The translations under genes were made by a program, and so were the position numbers. The notes below the pieces were generated by a model. The model ran no database searches. It saw nothing but the letters and a program-made list of their open reading frames with translations, and had not been told where the DNA came from. A stretch of DNA of 64,000 nt from a virus: positions 1-64,000 of the IMG/VR virus record IMGVR_UViG_3300027908_000005. The stretch is one strand, 5' to 3'. This document shows, one piece after another, positions 55,494 through 64,000 of this stretch (position 1 is the stretch's first letter; each line of letters starts with the position of its first letter).

Positions 55494-55718
55494 ATGCCCC
55501 AATTCTCCCAACGCGCTCTCTCAAAACCGACCGGGTTCACCCTTACCGTCAACGGCACGGTTCCGGCCATGACGCGCCATATCGACCCGGATCGTTTAAC
55601 CATGACTTGCACACTTGCCGAACCGCTCGTCAACGGCGACGTCATCCGCACGTCCTGGCGCGCCCTCTGGCTCCGGCAATGTCGCCCCTTCTCCGGGCCG
55701 AAGCCGCGCCGCCATTAG
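55494..55718 (+). CDS. small protein with one Ig-like repeat related to the tailspike repeats
   Basis: 74 aa. GFTLTVNGTVPAMT ... LTMTCTLAEPLVNGDVIRTSW resembles ITGFSVTVAG ... LTLTTAV ... VLVSY of the 721-aa protein. Confidence 0.45.
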   Translation: MPQFSQRALSKPTGFTLTVNGTVPAMTRHIDPDRLTMTCTLAEPLVNGDVIRTSWRALWLRQCRPFSGPKPRRH

Positions 55719-56398
55719 GAGACCCCCCACGTATACCAGATCCCGTTCGCCGCGTCTGCCATAAAAATAGCCCCCCCGAAGTTGATCGGGCTGATGAACA
55801 GGTCGAAGAAGGCCCCGGCGTCCAGCGTATCCCCGGCGTGCGGGACGACGCGGTAACTCGACGCCCCGGAACCGGCGTTCTTGATCCAGATGGCACGATC
55901 CACCGAGACCGACGCCTGCGGCAACGTTATGGGATTCCCGCTCCCGCCGGGTCCGCCCACAATCGCAATCACAACGTCCGTTGAGGCCACGACGTAGCCG
56001 CCGGAACCGTTCGTCAGGACGTTGAGGGCACCGACACCGCCGAAGCCGGGGAAGGTGAAGACGGCGGTATTCTGGATGACGCCCGGCCCCGTCAGGGTCA
56101 CATCGCCGCTCACCCCGCCTGCACTCCCGATCACCAGCGCCACCCCCTCGTGGGCGTGGTCGTCGTACGCCAAATTCGGCCCCGTCCCGGTGCTGGAGGT
56201 CGCCTCGACGGGGTTCGAGGCGCGGGGGGCCAAACCCGACAGGAAGCTCGGGATGTTGGCGATCGTCTCCTGAAGCTGCTCCAGCGTCGTCTGCTGCTGC
56301 TGCGCCACCCCCGCGCTACGATTGACGTAGTCTTCGAGTTGCCCCCATGCGCGATCCTCGTAGACGTCGCCGCCGCCGGGTATCTGGTCGGGGTTCAA
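55715..56398 (-). CDS. tail fibre-like protein
   Basis: 227 aa. Q-rich N-terminal helix (QQQQTTLEQLQETI), then a G/S/T/V-rich region. Start is TTG 56398, or possibly an upstream in-frame ATC at 56428. Confidence 0.5.
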   Translation of the reverse strand: MNPDQIPGGGDVYEDRAWGQLEDYVNRSAGVAQQQQTTLEQLQETIANIPSFLSGLAPRASNPVEATSSTGTGPNLAYDDHAHEGVALVIGSAGGVSGDVTLTGPGVIQNTAVFTFPGFGGVGALNVLTNGSGGYVVASTDVVIAIVGGPGGSGNPITLPQASVSVDRAIWIKNAGSGASSYRVVPHAGDTLDAGAFFDLFISPINFGGAIFMADAANGIWYTWGVS

Positions 56399-56427
56399 CT
56401 TGATCGGGTTGATGGGTGGGACGGCGA

Positions 56428-56661
56428 TTAGCGTATCCTCGTGAACGGTCTACCAGGCTTAACGAAATTTTGATGAAAGTGCGCCCCCTTCGAGGGCGCA
56501 TTCATCAGGGCGGCGTGTTCGTCCGCCGCCACGTCCGGGTAGAAGTAGATGCGCCCGTTATCCTCCCCCTTGCCGGGGTGGAACTCGACGCCCATCTCCG
56601 ACTTGTCCGGATCGAATCCAACGAGAGCGAGGTTGCTACTCTGCACAGGTTTCCAGTCCAT
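56428..56661 (-). CDS. KTSC domain protein
   Basis: 77 aa from ATG 56661. VQSSNLALVGFDPDKSEMGVEF ... YFYPDV ... HAALMNAPSKGAHFHQNF matches the KTSC pattern. Confidence 0.7.
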   Translation of the reverse strand: MDWKPVQSSNLALVGFDPDKSEMGVEFHPGKGEDNGRIYFYPDVAADEHAALMNAPSKGAHFHQNFVKPGRPFTRIR

Positions 56662-56709
56662 GAATGGCACCTTTCCGGCGCGAATGCAATAGAAGTCAAC
56701 GCATTGACT

Positions 56710-57051
56710 TCATCGCCCACCTTGCATCTCTCGGATCGCCCGCAGCTTGTCCGGCGCGGCGCGCAGGGTGCGATACCCCGCCGCATCGACGCCGTGGAGG
56801 TAACTCCATGTGCCGTCGCTCCAGCGTAGGTGGACGGTGTCGCCGGAATGCCCCATACCGACGAGGGCACGCTCGCCGCGTTTCGGCGGGGGCGGCGTGT
56901 GGACGGTTCCCGTTCCGCGCGGAAACCGGTCGGCCTCGGTGGGGATGCGCGACTTGACCTCCTCGGTGTGGCCGTCGCGGAAGGTGGCGGTCGCGGTGCC
57001 TAAGCCGGTGTGGAGGACGCTGACGGGTTTCTCTTCACTCGGCATCGGCAT
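56710..57051 (-). CDS. hypothetical protein
   Basis: Track ORF, 113 aa. Confidence 0.5.
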   Translation of the reverse strand: MPMPSEEKPVSVLHTGLGTATATFRDGHTEEVKSRIPTEADRFPRGTGTVHTPPPPKRGERALVGMGHSGDTVHLRWSDGTWSYLHGVDAAGYRTLRAAPDKLRAIREMQGGR

Positions 57052-57427
57052 CGCACTTACACCGACCCCTTTCCCGCTTCAGTTCCAAGAGGGCGTCCGT
57101 CGTCATGTTTATGGCTATTTCGGCCTCCTGACTGCTCGTATTCGGCACGCCGTCCCAGAGGATATGCAGCATCTCATGAACGAGAATCTTCTCCATGTCA
57201 AACGGCCATTTTCGGTTATCCCCGGCATCTGGCGGATCGAGAACACGGATCTCGGCCTCCTTCATATCCGGCCAAATCTGCACGTTTCCGTCCAGAGTGT
57301 TGTCCTTGAACTGACTCTGCCGCCAGATCCTGACTTCAATATTCCAGTCCTGCACCCTCAAGCGCAGTTGCCATTCTCGACAGAGGATTTGGAGTTCCTC
57401 TAAACTGACGACAACGTTTTCATCCAT
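57035..57427 (-). CDS. small HExxH metallopeptidase-like protein (SprT/ImmA-like)
   Basis: 130 aa. W-rich N-terminal half, then ILVHEMLHILWDG. Confidence 0.5.
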   Translation of the reverse strand: MDENVVVSLEELQILCREWQLRLRVQDWNIEVRIWRQSQFKDNTLDGNVQIWPDMKEAEIRVLDPPDAGDNRKWPFDMEKILVHEMLHILWDGVPNTSSQEAEIAINMTTDALLELKRERGRCKCDADAE

Positions 57428-57430
57428 GTG

Positions 57431-59749
57431 TCACCCCTGAGTCACACTCTCCAACTCCACCGACTTGATAATCAACCCCGTTCCCTGCAGATTCAGTTGT
57501 ATATCCAGGTATCTCCCCACCGTCGCCGCACTGAACCCCTGTCCGATCAGGATCCCCTGCACCAACTCCACCGGTAGCGCCGCCGCCGAATTGTTCAGCG
57601 TCCATACCTCGGTGTTCCCGTCGTAGTTCAAGGTGACGGTATTCGTCCCGGTCAGGGTTCCACTCCCCCGCACCCGAACCCGCCGCGCCCGCTTCCGCAG
57701 ACTCCCGGCGGTGTTCCCGGCGGCGTCCCGGTCGGTTGGGTCCGGCTGGATGACCCGCGTCCGATAGACGATCCCGCTAACGGCCTGCGGGAAGGTGTAT
57801 TCGTCGATCATGCAGACGGTGTTGTCGCTGCGCCCGACAAACAGCACGCGCGGCGTATCCACCTGCTGCATGGCGAACATACACGTAATCGAGGCGCCGC
57901 CGAACAAGTTAAGCTGACTCCAGCCCTGCAGGTCGAAATCGTACCTGTAGAGGCTGGTCCCGATCCCGAGATAGTAACAGTTGTTCACGAACGCCCCCTG
58001 GGCGGCTTCTAGGGCCGCGTAGCCCTCGACGGTGGCGGCGAAGGCGAAAAGGTCGGGCTCGATGGGCTTGCTGAACTTCTCGATGATGAAGCGGTAGATG
58101 TACGAGATGACATAGACGCCATCGTCGGAGAGGAACGCGACGTGGTTGTCACATCTCACAACGCTATCGGGGGCGATACACCCCCGATCGTGCACCTGCC
58201 GGGACTCGAAGTCGTTGAAGTCCGTCCCCTGCAGACTCCAGATCCCGCGCCGGCAGGCGATCATCAGGTAGGACCCGAACGAGGCGAAGCCGTTGATCGG
58301 GTTCCCGCTGTCCGTCGTGATCTGAAGCGTCCCGCCGTCGGTTGAGCGGACGGTCCCGTCCGGGTTGATGACCTGGACCGCCGCGAACTGCGTCCCGCTG
58401 TTGGTGTTGCTGATCTGGATGCCGCTCGGAACCCCGACGACGTTCATCACGATCCGGTCGCCCTGCACCGCTATGAGGGAGGCCGGGAGGGGCGGATCGT
58501 TCTCCCCGAAGCCGGGCATGAGGTTCTGCTGCTCGGTGATCGTGTCGGCGAAATCATCGACATAGGCGACGATCGCCCCGCCGGTGGCGACGGCGGGGTT
58601 GATGTAGTTGGCGACGGTGCCGAGGTAGATCCATACAAGCGTACCGCCCGTTTCCGTAACCGTCGTAGAACCCGGTGTAAGCATACCACCCGGAACTTGA
58701 GGCCCGGTGCCCGCTGATGTCCCTCCGGGCGTGTCACATAGCCATACAGCCCCGTCGTTGGTGACAATCGAAGTATATTGAGTATAGGTGACCGTAGCCG
58801 CCCACGCCGCTAACGCCGTTCCGTCCACACTCGACGGAGTTGGGAGGAGATAGTACTGCGTCCCGTTCTGCAGAGTCCCGTAGAAGGCCACATACGACGG
58901 GCGCGGCGCCGGATAGATTTCCGTCCCAAGAACCGTGGTGACGATCTTGACATTCTTGTTCGTGCTCCAGACCTGCACCGTCTGCGGCTGCGACGGAGAG
59001 GATTCGCGCATCTCGTCGTCCAGCACGGTGATGGCGTAGGAGACGGTGACGATATTGGAGATCAGAAGCCAGGTGACACCGCCGTCGATGAACTCGGTGG
59101 TGCCGACGACGGGATTTAGGCCCGGATCCGGGGCCGAAACGCCGCTCGTCCCGGTCACGATGCACTGCCAGATGCCGAGGTTCGAACTCACGATTGAGAT
59201 CGGGCCGCTATCGGTATAATGCGTCGAGGGCGCCCAGGCGATCGGAATCGAAGGGTACGAGGTGACCGAGAAGACCAAGTTAGGCGCATAGATGAAGGGA
59301 CTAATAATCCCCATCGGCAGGACAGCCCCGTTACTCTTCATTTGATAGGCGCTGAAGCTGTTGTTTTGCTGGACGGCGAAGAGGTCCGTCAGGAACCCCG
59401 CGAACCGGACCCGCTGCCCGGTCAGGATGTAGGCGCCGAACGCCCCCGCCCCGAACGTTGGCGGGTACTGAAGCGGCGACGCGACCGGGTAGGAGTTGAG
59501 TTGCCCCCCCTGCGCGACGGCCATGCGTCCGGGGACCGGGGGGACGTAGGCGCCTCCCAACGTGGTATAGTATCCGTCCGTCTGGTACAAGTAACCGATC
59601 CCGTCGATCGAGGCGAACGGCGGGGGGGAGAGGGTCGGCGTCACGCTCTGGACGTTGGCGCGCAGGTTCCCCTGCCGATCCGCCAAACAGTTGGTCAACT
59701 GCTGACACATCGACGGCGGGAGGACCGCCGGGTCGGTGGCGTGGTCCAT
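57431..59749 (-). CDS. large tail structural protein (possible nozzle/hub)
   Basis: 772 aa, beta-rich composition. I cannot name a motif. The call rests on size and on its position between the adaptor-like genes and the fibres. Confidence 0.6.
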   Translation of the reverse strand: MDHATDPAVLPPSMCQQLTNCLADRQGNLRANVQSVTPTLSPPPFASIDGIGYLYQTDGYYTTLGGAYVPPVPGRMAVAQGGQLNSYPVASPLQYPPTFGAGAFGAYILTGQRVRFAGFLTDLFAVQQNNSFSAYQMKSNGAVLPMGIISPFIYAPNLVFSVTSYPSIPIAWAPSTHYTDSGPISIVSSNLGIWQCIVTGTSGVSAPDPGLNPVVGTTEFIDGGVTWLLISNIVTVSYAITVLDDEMRESSPSQPQTVQVWSTNKNVKIVTTVLGTEIYPAPRPSYVAFYGTLQNGTQYYLLPTPSSVDGTALAAWAATVTYTQYTSIVTNDGAVWLCDTPGGTSAGTGPQVPGGMLTPGSTTVTETGGTLVWIYLGTVANYINPAVATGGAIVAYVDDFADTITEQQNLMPGFGENDPPLPASLIAVQGDRIVMNVVGVPSGIQISNTNSGTQFAAVQVINPDGTVRSTDGGTLQITTDSGNPINGFASFGSYLMIACRRGIWSLQGTDFNDFESRQVHDRGCIAPDSVVRCDNHVAFLSDDGVYVISYIYRFIIEKFSKPIEPDLFAFAATVEGYAALEAAQGAFVNNCYYLGIGTSLYRYDFDLQGWSQLNLFGGASITCMFAMQQVDTPRVLFVGRSDNTVCMIDEYTFPQAVSGIVYRTRVIQPDPTDRDAAGNTAGSLRKRARRVRVRGSGTLTGTNTVTLNYDGNTEVWTLNNSAAALPVELVQGILIGQGFSAATVGRYLDIQLNLQGTGLIIKSVELESVTQG

Positions 59750-59846
59750 CCCGGCCGGGGCGAGTATAACGTCCTTCGGGTGACGGCTAATTGTCGTCTC
59801 TCCTCTTCATCGTCCGTGAGATCCTCAAGCGTCCACGTGCCGCCGT

Positions 59847-60167
59847 TCACATCCCCGGCCCACCGTTGCCGCCGCTGGCGCCGAACTTCTTGCGCTGTGG
59901 GCCGAGTTTCTTTCCCATAACGCTCGGCCCGATCATGACCGCCCCGCCGGCCGACATCGGTGGGCTGACGCCGGGTGTCGAGGCCAACGCCCGCGCCCGT
60001 GCGTTCGGGGCGCCGGGCATCGCAACGCCGACGGTCGGCGGGGGCATCGCTTTAGGGGAGTTTAGCGGGCTCGGTCCCCGACCCGTAGGTTTCTGTGGCT
60101 TCGCCATCGGGGTTTTGCTCAGGTTGGGTGACGATCCCATCCCCGGCATCATGGATTTCTTCGCCAT
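59847..60167 (-). CDS. 106-aa basic P/G/K-rich protein overlapping the upstream gene
   Basis: Product MAKKSMMPGMGSSPNLSK ... GKKLGPQRKKFG. Overlaps the acidic tail of 60052..60723 by 116 nt. GC3 in the overlap is about 69% versus about 55% for the other frame. Confidence 0.45.
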   Translation of the reverse strand: MAKKSMMPGMGSSPNLSKTPMAKPQKPTGRGPSPLNSPKAMPPPTVGVAMPGAPNARARALASTPGVSPPMSAGGAVMIGPSVMGKKLGPQRKKFGASGGNGGPGM

Positions 60168-60723
60168 CGGTCGGTTTCTCCTCTTCCTTCGTGATTGGCA
60201 GGTTATCCAAACGGCCTCCCGGCATCTCTGCCAATAGCGGCCCCTTGAGGTTTTCCAAATCGGTTGTGATTCCCGACTTCTCCGATTCCGTCATCGTCCT
60301 AATGGGGGATGCGGACGAAATCGGTGCGAACGGCGTCAGGTGCGGTTCCGCCGGGATCTTCGACGCCCGCATCGCCGCCCCCGCCGCCGGGTCGTTCGCG
60401 TTGATCGGTACCTCGTCGGGTGCGACGTGGGCGTTATCCATCGGCGGCGCGGGGTACGTCCCGACGTGTACCGCTCCCGTCTCCATCTTCGTTGCCACCA
60501 GCGGGGGGTTATCGGTTGTTTCCTTCTCCTCATCTCCGAATGCGTGCTGACGCAGGAAGGCCATCAGCATCTCCTTGTCGATCAGGTCGTGCCGCTTGTA
60601 GGCGGCTTCCAGATCCTCGAATAAAGTTCGAAGGATGTTGCCGGACTTCTTCGGCGGCGCGGGCGCGGGCTCACCCGCCGGCGCTATCGGTTCGATCGGT
60701 TCGGGCGTGGTGTCGGTTGTCAT
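60052..60723 (-). CDS. acidic P/E/T-rich protein
   Basis: Track ORF, 223 aa. 4-nt overlap with the upstream gene. Confidence 0.55.
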   Translation of the reverse strand: MTTDTTPEPIEPIAPAGEPAPAPPKKSGNILRTLFEDLEAAYKRHDLIDKEMLMAFLRQHAFGDEEKETTDNPPLVATKMETGAVHVGTYPAPPMDNAHVAPDEVPINANDPAAGAAMRASKIPAEPHLTPFAPISSASPIRTMTESEKSGITTDLENLKGPLLAEMPGGRLDNLPITKEEEKPTDGEEIHDAGDGIVTQPEQNPDGEATETYGSGTEPAKLP

Positions 60724-62417
60724 CGGTTGCGTATCCTTTTCCCTGTGCGTGCGACGAGTCGCGGGTTTACCTCTTCTGCTTGGAAGGAATGCCAGCGGGC
60801 TATATCCTTAATGCCCTGTGCTATCTGCGGCAGTAGATCCTGCATCCTCTGCCGCGCGTCGGGTTCCGAGGGGCGATAGGTGCAGATGAGATAGGCCGCC
60901 AACTTCCCGATTATCATCTGGAAGTCTGACGGGAGTTGATCTATCGTGTCGGAGTCCGACGCGAAGCCGGGGAAACTCGTCCCCGCATAGATCGTCAGGA
61001 TCCCCCCGGCCTGGCTAACCGGCGGAATGAGGGCGATGTTCCCCCCGTCCACCCAATAGTAGTAGGGGACTTGTGCCCCGGTGTAGTTGTCGAAGTTGAT
61101 GAATGTGCTGTCGAGTTGCCAGTAATTTGTGGGGATCAAGCGGATGGCGTACTGACCGTTGGCGGTGAAGGTGGCACGACGGACGGTGTTGACACTCAAC
61201 TGAACGGGGCAACCGATGATCCCCGCGAGCGGGATGAACTGCGGGCCGGTATAGGTCCCTGACACCGGCGAGACCGGAATCTGGATCGGCAGGGTGACGT
61301 GCAAATTACACCGCCGGTTGATCTCCGCCAACGCCTCCCCGAGCGCCATGTTCAGGACCGCCGCGTAGGGATAGGGGAAGTCAATCGAATCCGCCCCCGC
61401 CGCACCGAACGGGGAGGCGTCCACCGGCGGAATCTGCCCGAGGATGCGCCGGGTGACGTCGCGCATCACCGGGCGGGTGATGGAGCACAGGGTTCCGATC
61501 GGATCGGTGTTCGAACAGGGGATGACGCACGCCAGGGTCATCGTACCGGGAACCGGCGAGACGGTCTGCAGTATCCCCGGCCCCACGAGGACCTGAACGT
61601 TATAGGTTCCCGTGTTCGGGTTCGTGTAGGCGATCTGGACGGAGGACTGCCCCGGCTCCATCGTCACATTCGGAGAGGGGAAAAATTGCCCCGTCCCGCT
61701 CAAATCCACGAGCGTGAACGCCTGCGTCTCCCCCGCCGTCAATTCGACGGGATTGCCGGAGTTGTCCACGAGGGTCAGGGTGATGACACATTCACACCCG
61801 ACCTGCGCCGTCTGGGCCGTATATTGATAAGTCGCCACCGTCCCCGTCGAGTTCGGTGACAGGACCCGAAACGAGGCGTTGAAGCAACATCCGTTGTCCC
61901 CGTAGACGTTATCGTTCTGGCAGACCCAGACGTACCCACCCGCGCCGCCGTTGATCTGGGAGGCCAGGACGATCGAGGACCGACCCGGAAAGGCCAGTCC
62001 GGTATCGTGCCCCATCCAGGCCGGTGCGACGTCGGTTGCGGTGAACTTCAGGGCCAACGCCTGCGCGGGACCGATCAGGGAGAGGATCGGATTCGAGCCG
62101 AAGTCGCCACCAGGCGCGGGGCCGGCGGACGGTGGCCCGCTGTGCCGACCACCGCCAGGATAGGATCCCTCCGGATAGGCGTAACCGGAAGCCGAGTATT
62201 CCGCCTCCCCCCCGGCGATGACGGAGAGGGAATCCCCGGCGGGGACGAAGACGCCGGTGGCCTGCCAGCCCTGTAAGGAGGCGGTACAGGTGACGTTATC
62301 AACATCAGACACCTGCGTGTAGGCCGATTGGTTCGACCAGGCGCCGGGGTCGCCGTAACCCGCCTGATTCTGGCAGGGGGCGTAGCCGCTGCATCCGCCG
62401 GGTGGGACGACGGGCAT
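60720..62417 (-). CDS. lectin-like + Ig-like + adaptor-like fusion protein
   Basis: 565 aa. N-terminal PA-IL/LecA-like pattern (VPAGDSLSVIAGG ... YVWVCQNDNVYGDNGCCFNASF). From Met318 (61466) it is a paralogue of the 62563..63369 product. Confidence 0.7.
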   Translation of the reverse strand: MPVVPPGGCSGYAPCQNQAGYGDPGAWSNQSAYTQVSDVDNVTCTASLQGWQATGVFVPAGDSLSVIAGGEAEYSASGYAYPEGSYPGGGRHSGPPSAGPAPGGDFGSNPILSLIGPAQALALKFTATDVAPAWMGHDTGLAFPGRSSIVLASQINGGAGGYVWVCQNDNVYGDNGCCFNASFRVLSPNSTGTVATYQYTAQTAQVGCECVITLTLVDNSGNPVELTAGETQAFTLVDLSGTGQFFPSPNVTMEPGQSSVQIAYTNPNTGTYNVQVLVGPGILQTVSPVPGTMTLACVIPCSNTDPIGTLCSITRPVMRDVTRRILGQIPPVDASPFGAAGADSIDFPYPYAAVLNMALGEALAEINRRCNLHVTLPIQIPVSPVSGTYTGPQFIPLAGIIGCPVQLSVNTVRRATFTANGQYAIRLIPTNYWQLDSTFINFDNYTGAQVPYYYWVDGGNIALIPPVSQAGGILTIYAGTSFPGFASDSDTIDQLPSDFQMIIGKLAAYLICTYRPSEPDARQRMQDLLPQIAQGIKDIARWHSFQAEEVNPRLVARTGKRIRNR

Positions 62418-62420
62418 CGG

Positions 62421-62561
62421 CTACTTCTTCTTCCGTTCGGACTTCTTCCGGGCGATGTCGGCCTTCCGTTCCGCCTGGAACCCCTTCAGCGGTCCCTTGA
62501 AGGTCGTATCGGGTGCGCCCTTTCCGTCCGGCTTCTTATTGTCGTCGGTGTCTTTCTTCAT
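62421..62561 (-). CDS. 46-aa lysine-rich protein
   Basis: ATG 62561 lies 1 nt after the upstream stop, with GGAGGA upstream. Product MKKDTDDNKKPDGKGAPDTTFKGPLKGFQAERKADIARKKSERKKK. Confidence 0.45.
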   Translation of the reverse strand: MKKDTDDNKKPDGKGAPDTTFKGPLKGFQAERKADIARKKSERKKK

Positions 62562-62562
62562 G

Positions 62563-63369
62563 TCATCGTCCTCCTGCACCGGCCAACGCCTGCACGTAAC
62601 CGGATTGATCGAGGTTGGTGTATTGGGCCAGTGTGCTGGCCTTCCACAAATCGGGGAATGTCTGCATCGCCTGGGGACTGAACCCGTTTTTCCATGCGTA
62701 AATTTGCCCGTAACCCTCTTGAGCCATCGGATAGTATTTGGTGAAACGGTCGTCCTGTTCGACGTCCGAGGCCATCCGGGCACAGATCAAGGCGGTGGCA
62801 TAAAAGAGTATGGCTGTCTGATAGCTAGGTCCAAGCGAGTTCGCCGGGATCATGTCGGTATCGTTTATCAGGTCCTGCAACCCCTCTTGGATCGTCAGGA
62901 CGATCTGGCCGGCGTACTGGGGCGGCGGCAGCACGGCGAGCGCGTTCCCCTCGAGTTGAAACTGAATCGGCACACGCGCGGGTAGATACTGCTGATAGGG
63001 GACGAAGCCGCGCACCCCCTGATTGTAGGCGTAGGGTTCCAGCCTCACAGATTGCCCCGTCACACTGTCCACCCAAATACAATTATTCACTTCGTTTACG
63101 TCATCTGCATTAACGATAGACGTATCATAAGCGACGTAATAGACGCCGACGTAACCGGGCTGAACCGGCGGGACCGAGATCGGCGGCAGGGTCGTCACCG
63201 GCCCGCAACGACACATCCGGTTGAGGGCGTCACAGGCGGCATTTATTAGCTCTACTATCGTAGGATTATCAGGATCCGGTTGACCCGTCGGCAACGCGCC
63301 CGCAGACCCCGGCGGACTCTCGTCTATCGGGGGCACGATCTGGAGGAGTCTGCGGCAGTAATCGCGCAT
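62563..63369 (-). CDS. virion adaptor-like protein (paralogue of the 60720..61466 module)
   Basis: 268 aa. MRDYCRRLLQIVPPIDESPPGSAGA aligns with MRDVTRRILGQIPPVDASPFGAAGA, and further blocks also align. Confidence 0.65.
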   Translation of the reverse strand: MRDYCRRLLQIVPPIDESPPGSAGALPTGQPDPDNPTIVELINAACDALNRMCRCGPVTTLPPISVPPVQPGYVGVYYVAYDTSIVNADDVNEVNNCIWVDSVTGQSVRLEPYAYNQGVRGFVPYQQYLPARVPIQFQLEGNALAVLPPPQYAGQIVLTIQEGLQDLINDTDMIPANSLGPSYQTAILFYATALICARMASDVEQDDRFTKYYPMAQEGYGQIYAWKNGFSPQAMQTFPDLWKASTLAQYTNLDQSGYVQALAGAGGR

Positions 63370-63395
63370 CTGAGCTAAGTTGAGCGTTACGTTAG

Positions 63396-63572
63396 CTATT
63401 GACGTCCCTCATTCCCCTCTTCGGCCCGGTGGTCGAAATCGTAGGTATCACTCCTCGGCTGCACCAGAACGCCGTAATCATCTCGGACGAGTTCTGCCTG
63501 CCTGTTATTCCAAAAGCCAGATCTTTGGTCCTGCGCCCGAGGGCCTAAACCAAGTCTTAGCCCCATGAACAT
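63396..63572 (-). CDS. hypothetical protein (58 aa)
   Basis: In-frame ATG 63572 of track ORF 63396..63650, with GGAGA 10 nt upstream. Confidence 0.35.
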   Translation of the reverse strand: MFMGLRLGLGPRAQDQRSGFWNNRQAELVRDDYGVLVQPRSDTYDFDHRAEEGNEGRQ

Positions 63573-63627
63573 CGACGGATTTCTCCGGTACGGAAGCCGT
63601 TTGCGCGGTGTCAATTCACACTCCCAA

Positions 63628-63996
63628 CTACACAAACCAAATGGCAACATTACTCAAACCGCAACTATGCGCCCCGCTATCGTCGCAGGCGAGTTCCAGT
63701 ACCGGCGACGAGGCGACGACGGGCCATTTGATCGGCGAAGAGGCTGTGATAACGCCCCCTGTGATCGTCCCTACCGGGGCGCGCGCCATATTTGCCAGGG
63801 CGACCCCGGTCCCCCCCATGCAGACGTAAAGGGGCGTTCCCGACGAGACGGCAGCCCCGAGGGGATAGATGACGACCTGCTCCGTATCGGGGGGGATCGT
63901 CAGGGCCGTCGGTGTATTGGTCAGGGCGATGTACTCGAAGCCGCCGGGACTGTTCGCGTTCGCATCGCTATAGCTGTTCGATTGGTTCGGGACCAC
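63628..63996 (-). CDS. hypothetical virion-module protein, possibly 5'-partial
   Basis: 122 aa from GTG 63996. The frame remains open to the window edge. Confidence 0.5.
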   Translation of the reverse strand: MVPNQSNSYSDANANSPGGFEYIALTNTPTALTIPPDTEQVVIYPLGAAVSSGTPLYVCMGGTGVALANMARAPVGTITGGVITASSPIKWPVVASSPVLELACDDSGAHSCGLSNVAIWFV

Positions 63997-64000
63997 CGGG

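Noticed and set aside
55163-55760. Invertible (Gin/Cin-type) tail-fibre segment
   Set aside because: No flanking inverted repeats at the segment borders and no serine invertase gene nearby.
52997-56398. Diversity-generating retroelement acting on the tail fibre or tailspike
   Set aside because: No reverse transcriptase or Avd-like gene in the window, and I could not find a template/variable repeat pair near the 3' ends of the fibre genes.

Overview
GC-rich (about 60-65% by eye) dsDNA phage, prophage or phage-plasmid segment with no cellular housekeeping genes. Layout: (i) 1-9.7 kb, minus strand: about 25 small genes, then the small and large terminase subunits and an excisionase-type HTH gene, apparently co-transcribed with a tRNA-Met(CAT) from a consensus promoter. 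(ii) 10.1-12.8 kb, plus strand: small genes including a ParB-like nuclease-domain protein. (iii) 12.7-22.5 kb, minus strand: early/replication arm with XRE and RHH regulators, an SSB-like protein, a prim-pol/SF3 helicase and an iteron-rich origin. (iv) Divergent promoter switch at 22.5 kb. (v) 22.6-33.2 kb, plus strand: about 40 small early genes including MazG-like, PAPS-reductase-like, C5-cytosine methyltransferase and VRR-NUC. (vi) 33.2-36.7 kb: lower-GC accessory island with an N6-adenine methyltransferase, an IS1595-family transposase, an aberrant tRNA-Thr-like gene flanked by convergent promoters, an acidic wHTH protein and structured RNAs. (vii) 36.7-64 kb, minus strand: an XRE-headed operon ending in a HicB-like gene, membrane/lysis-like genes, and a podovirus-like virion module (2134-aa internal protein, transglycosylase protein, SGNH tailspike, fibre, large tail protein, lectin-adaptor paralogues) interrupted by an HNH endonuclease. 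I recognised no portal, major capsid, integrase, DNA polymerase, CRISPR array or rRNA in the window. The two most striking observations are a lysine-rich gene overprinted inside the giant virion gene and the sense/antisense tRNA-like module on the island. All coordinates, folds and codon counts were done by hand from the sequence and ORF track; no database search was possible.
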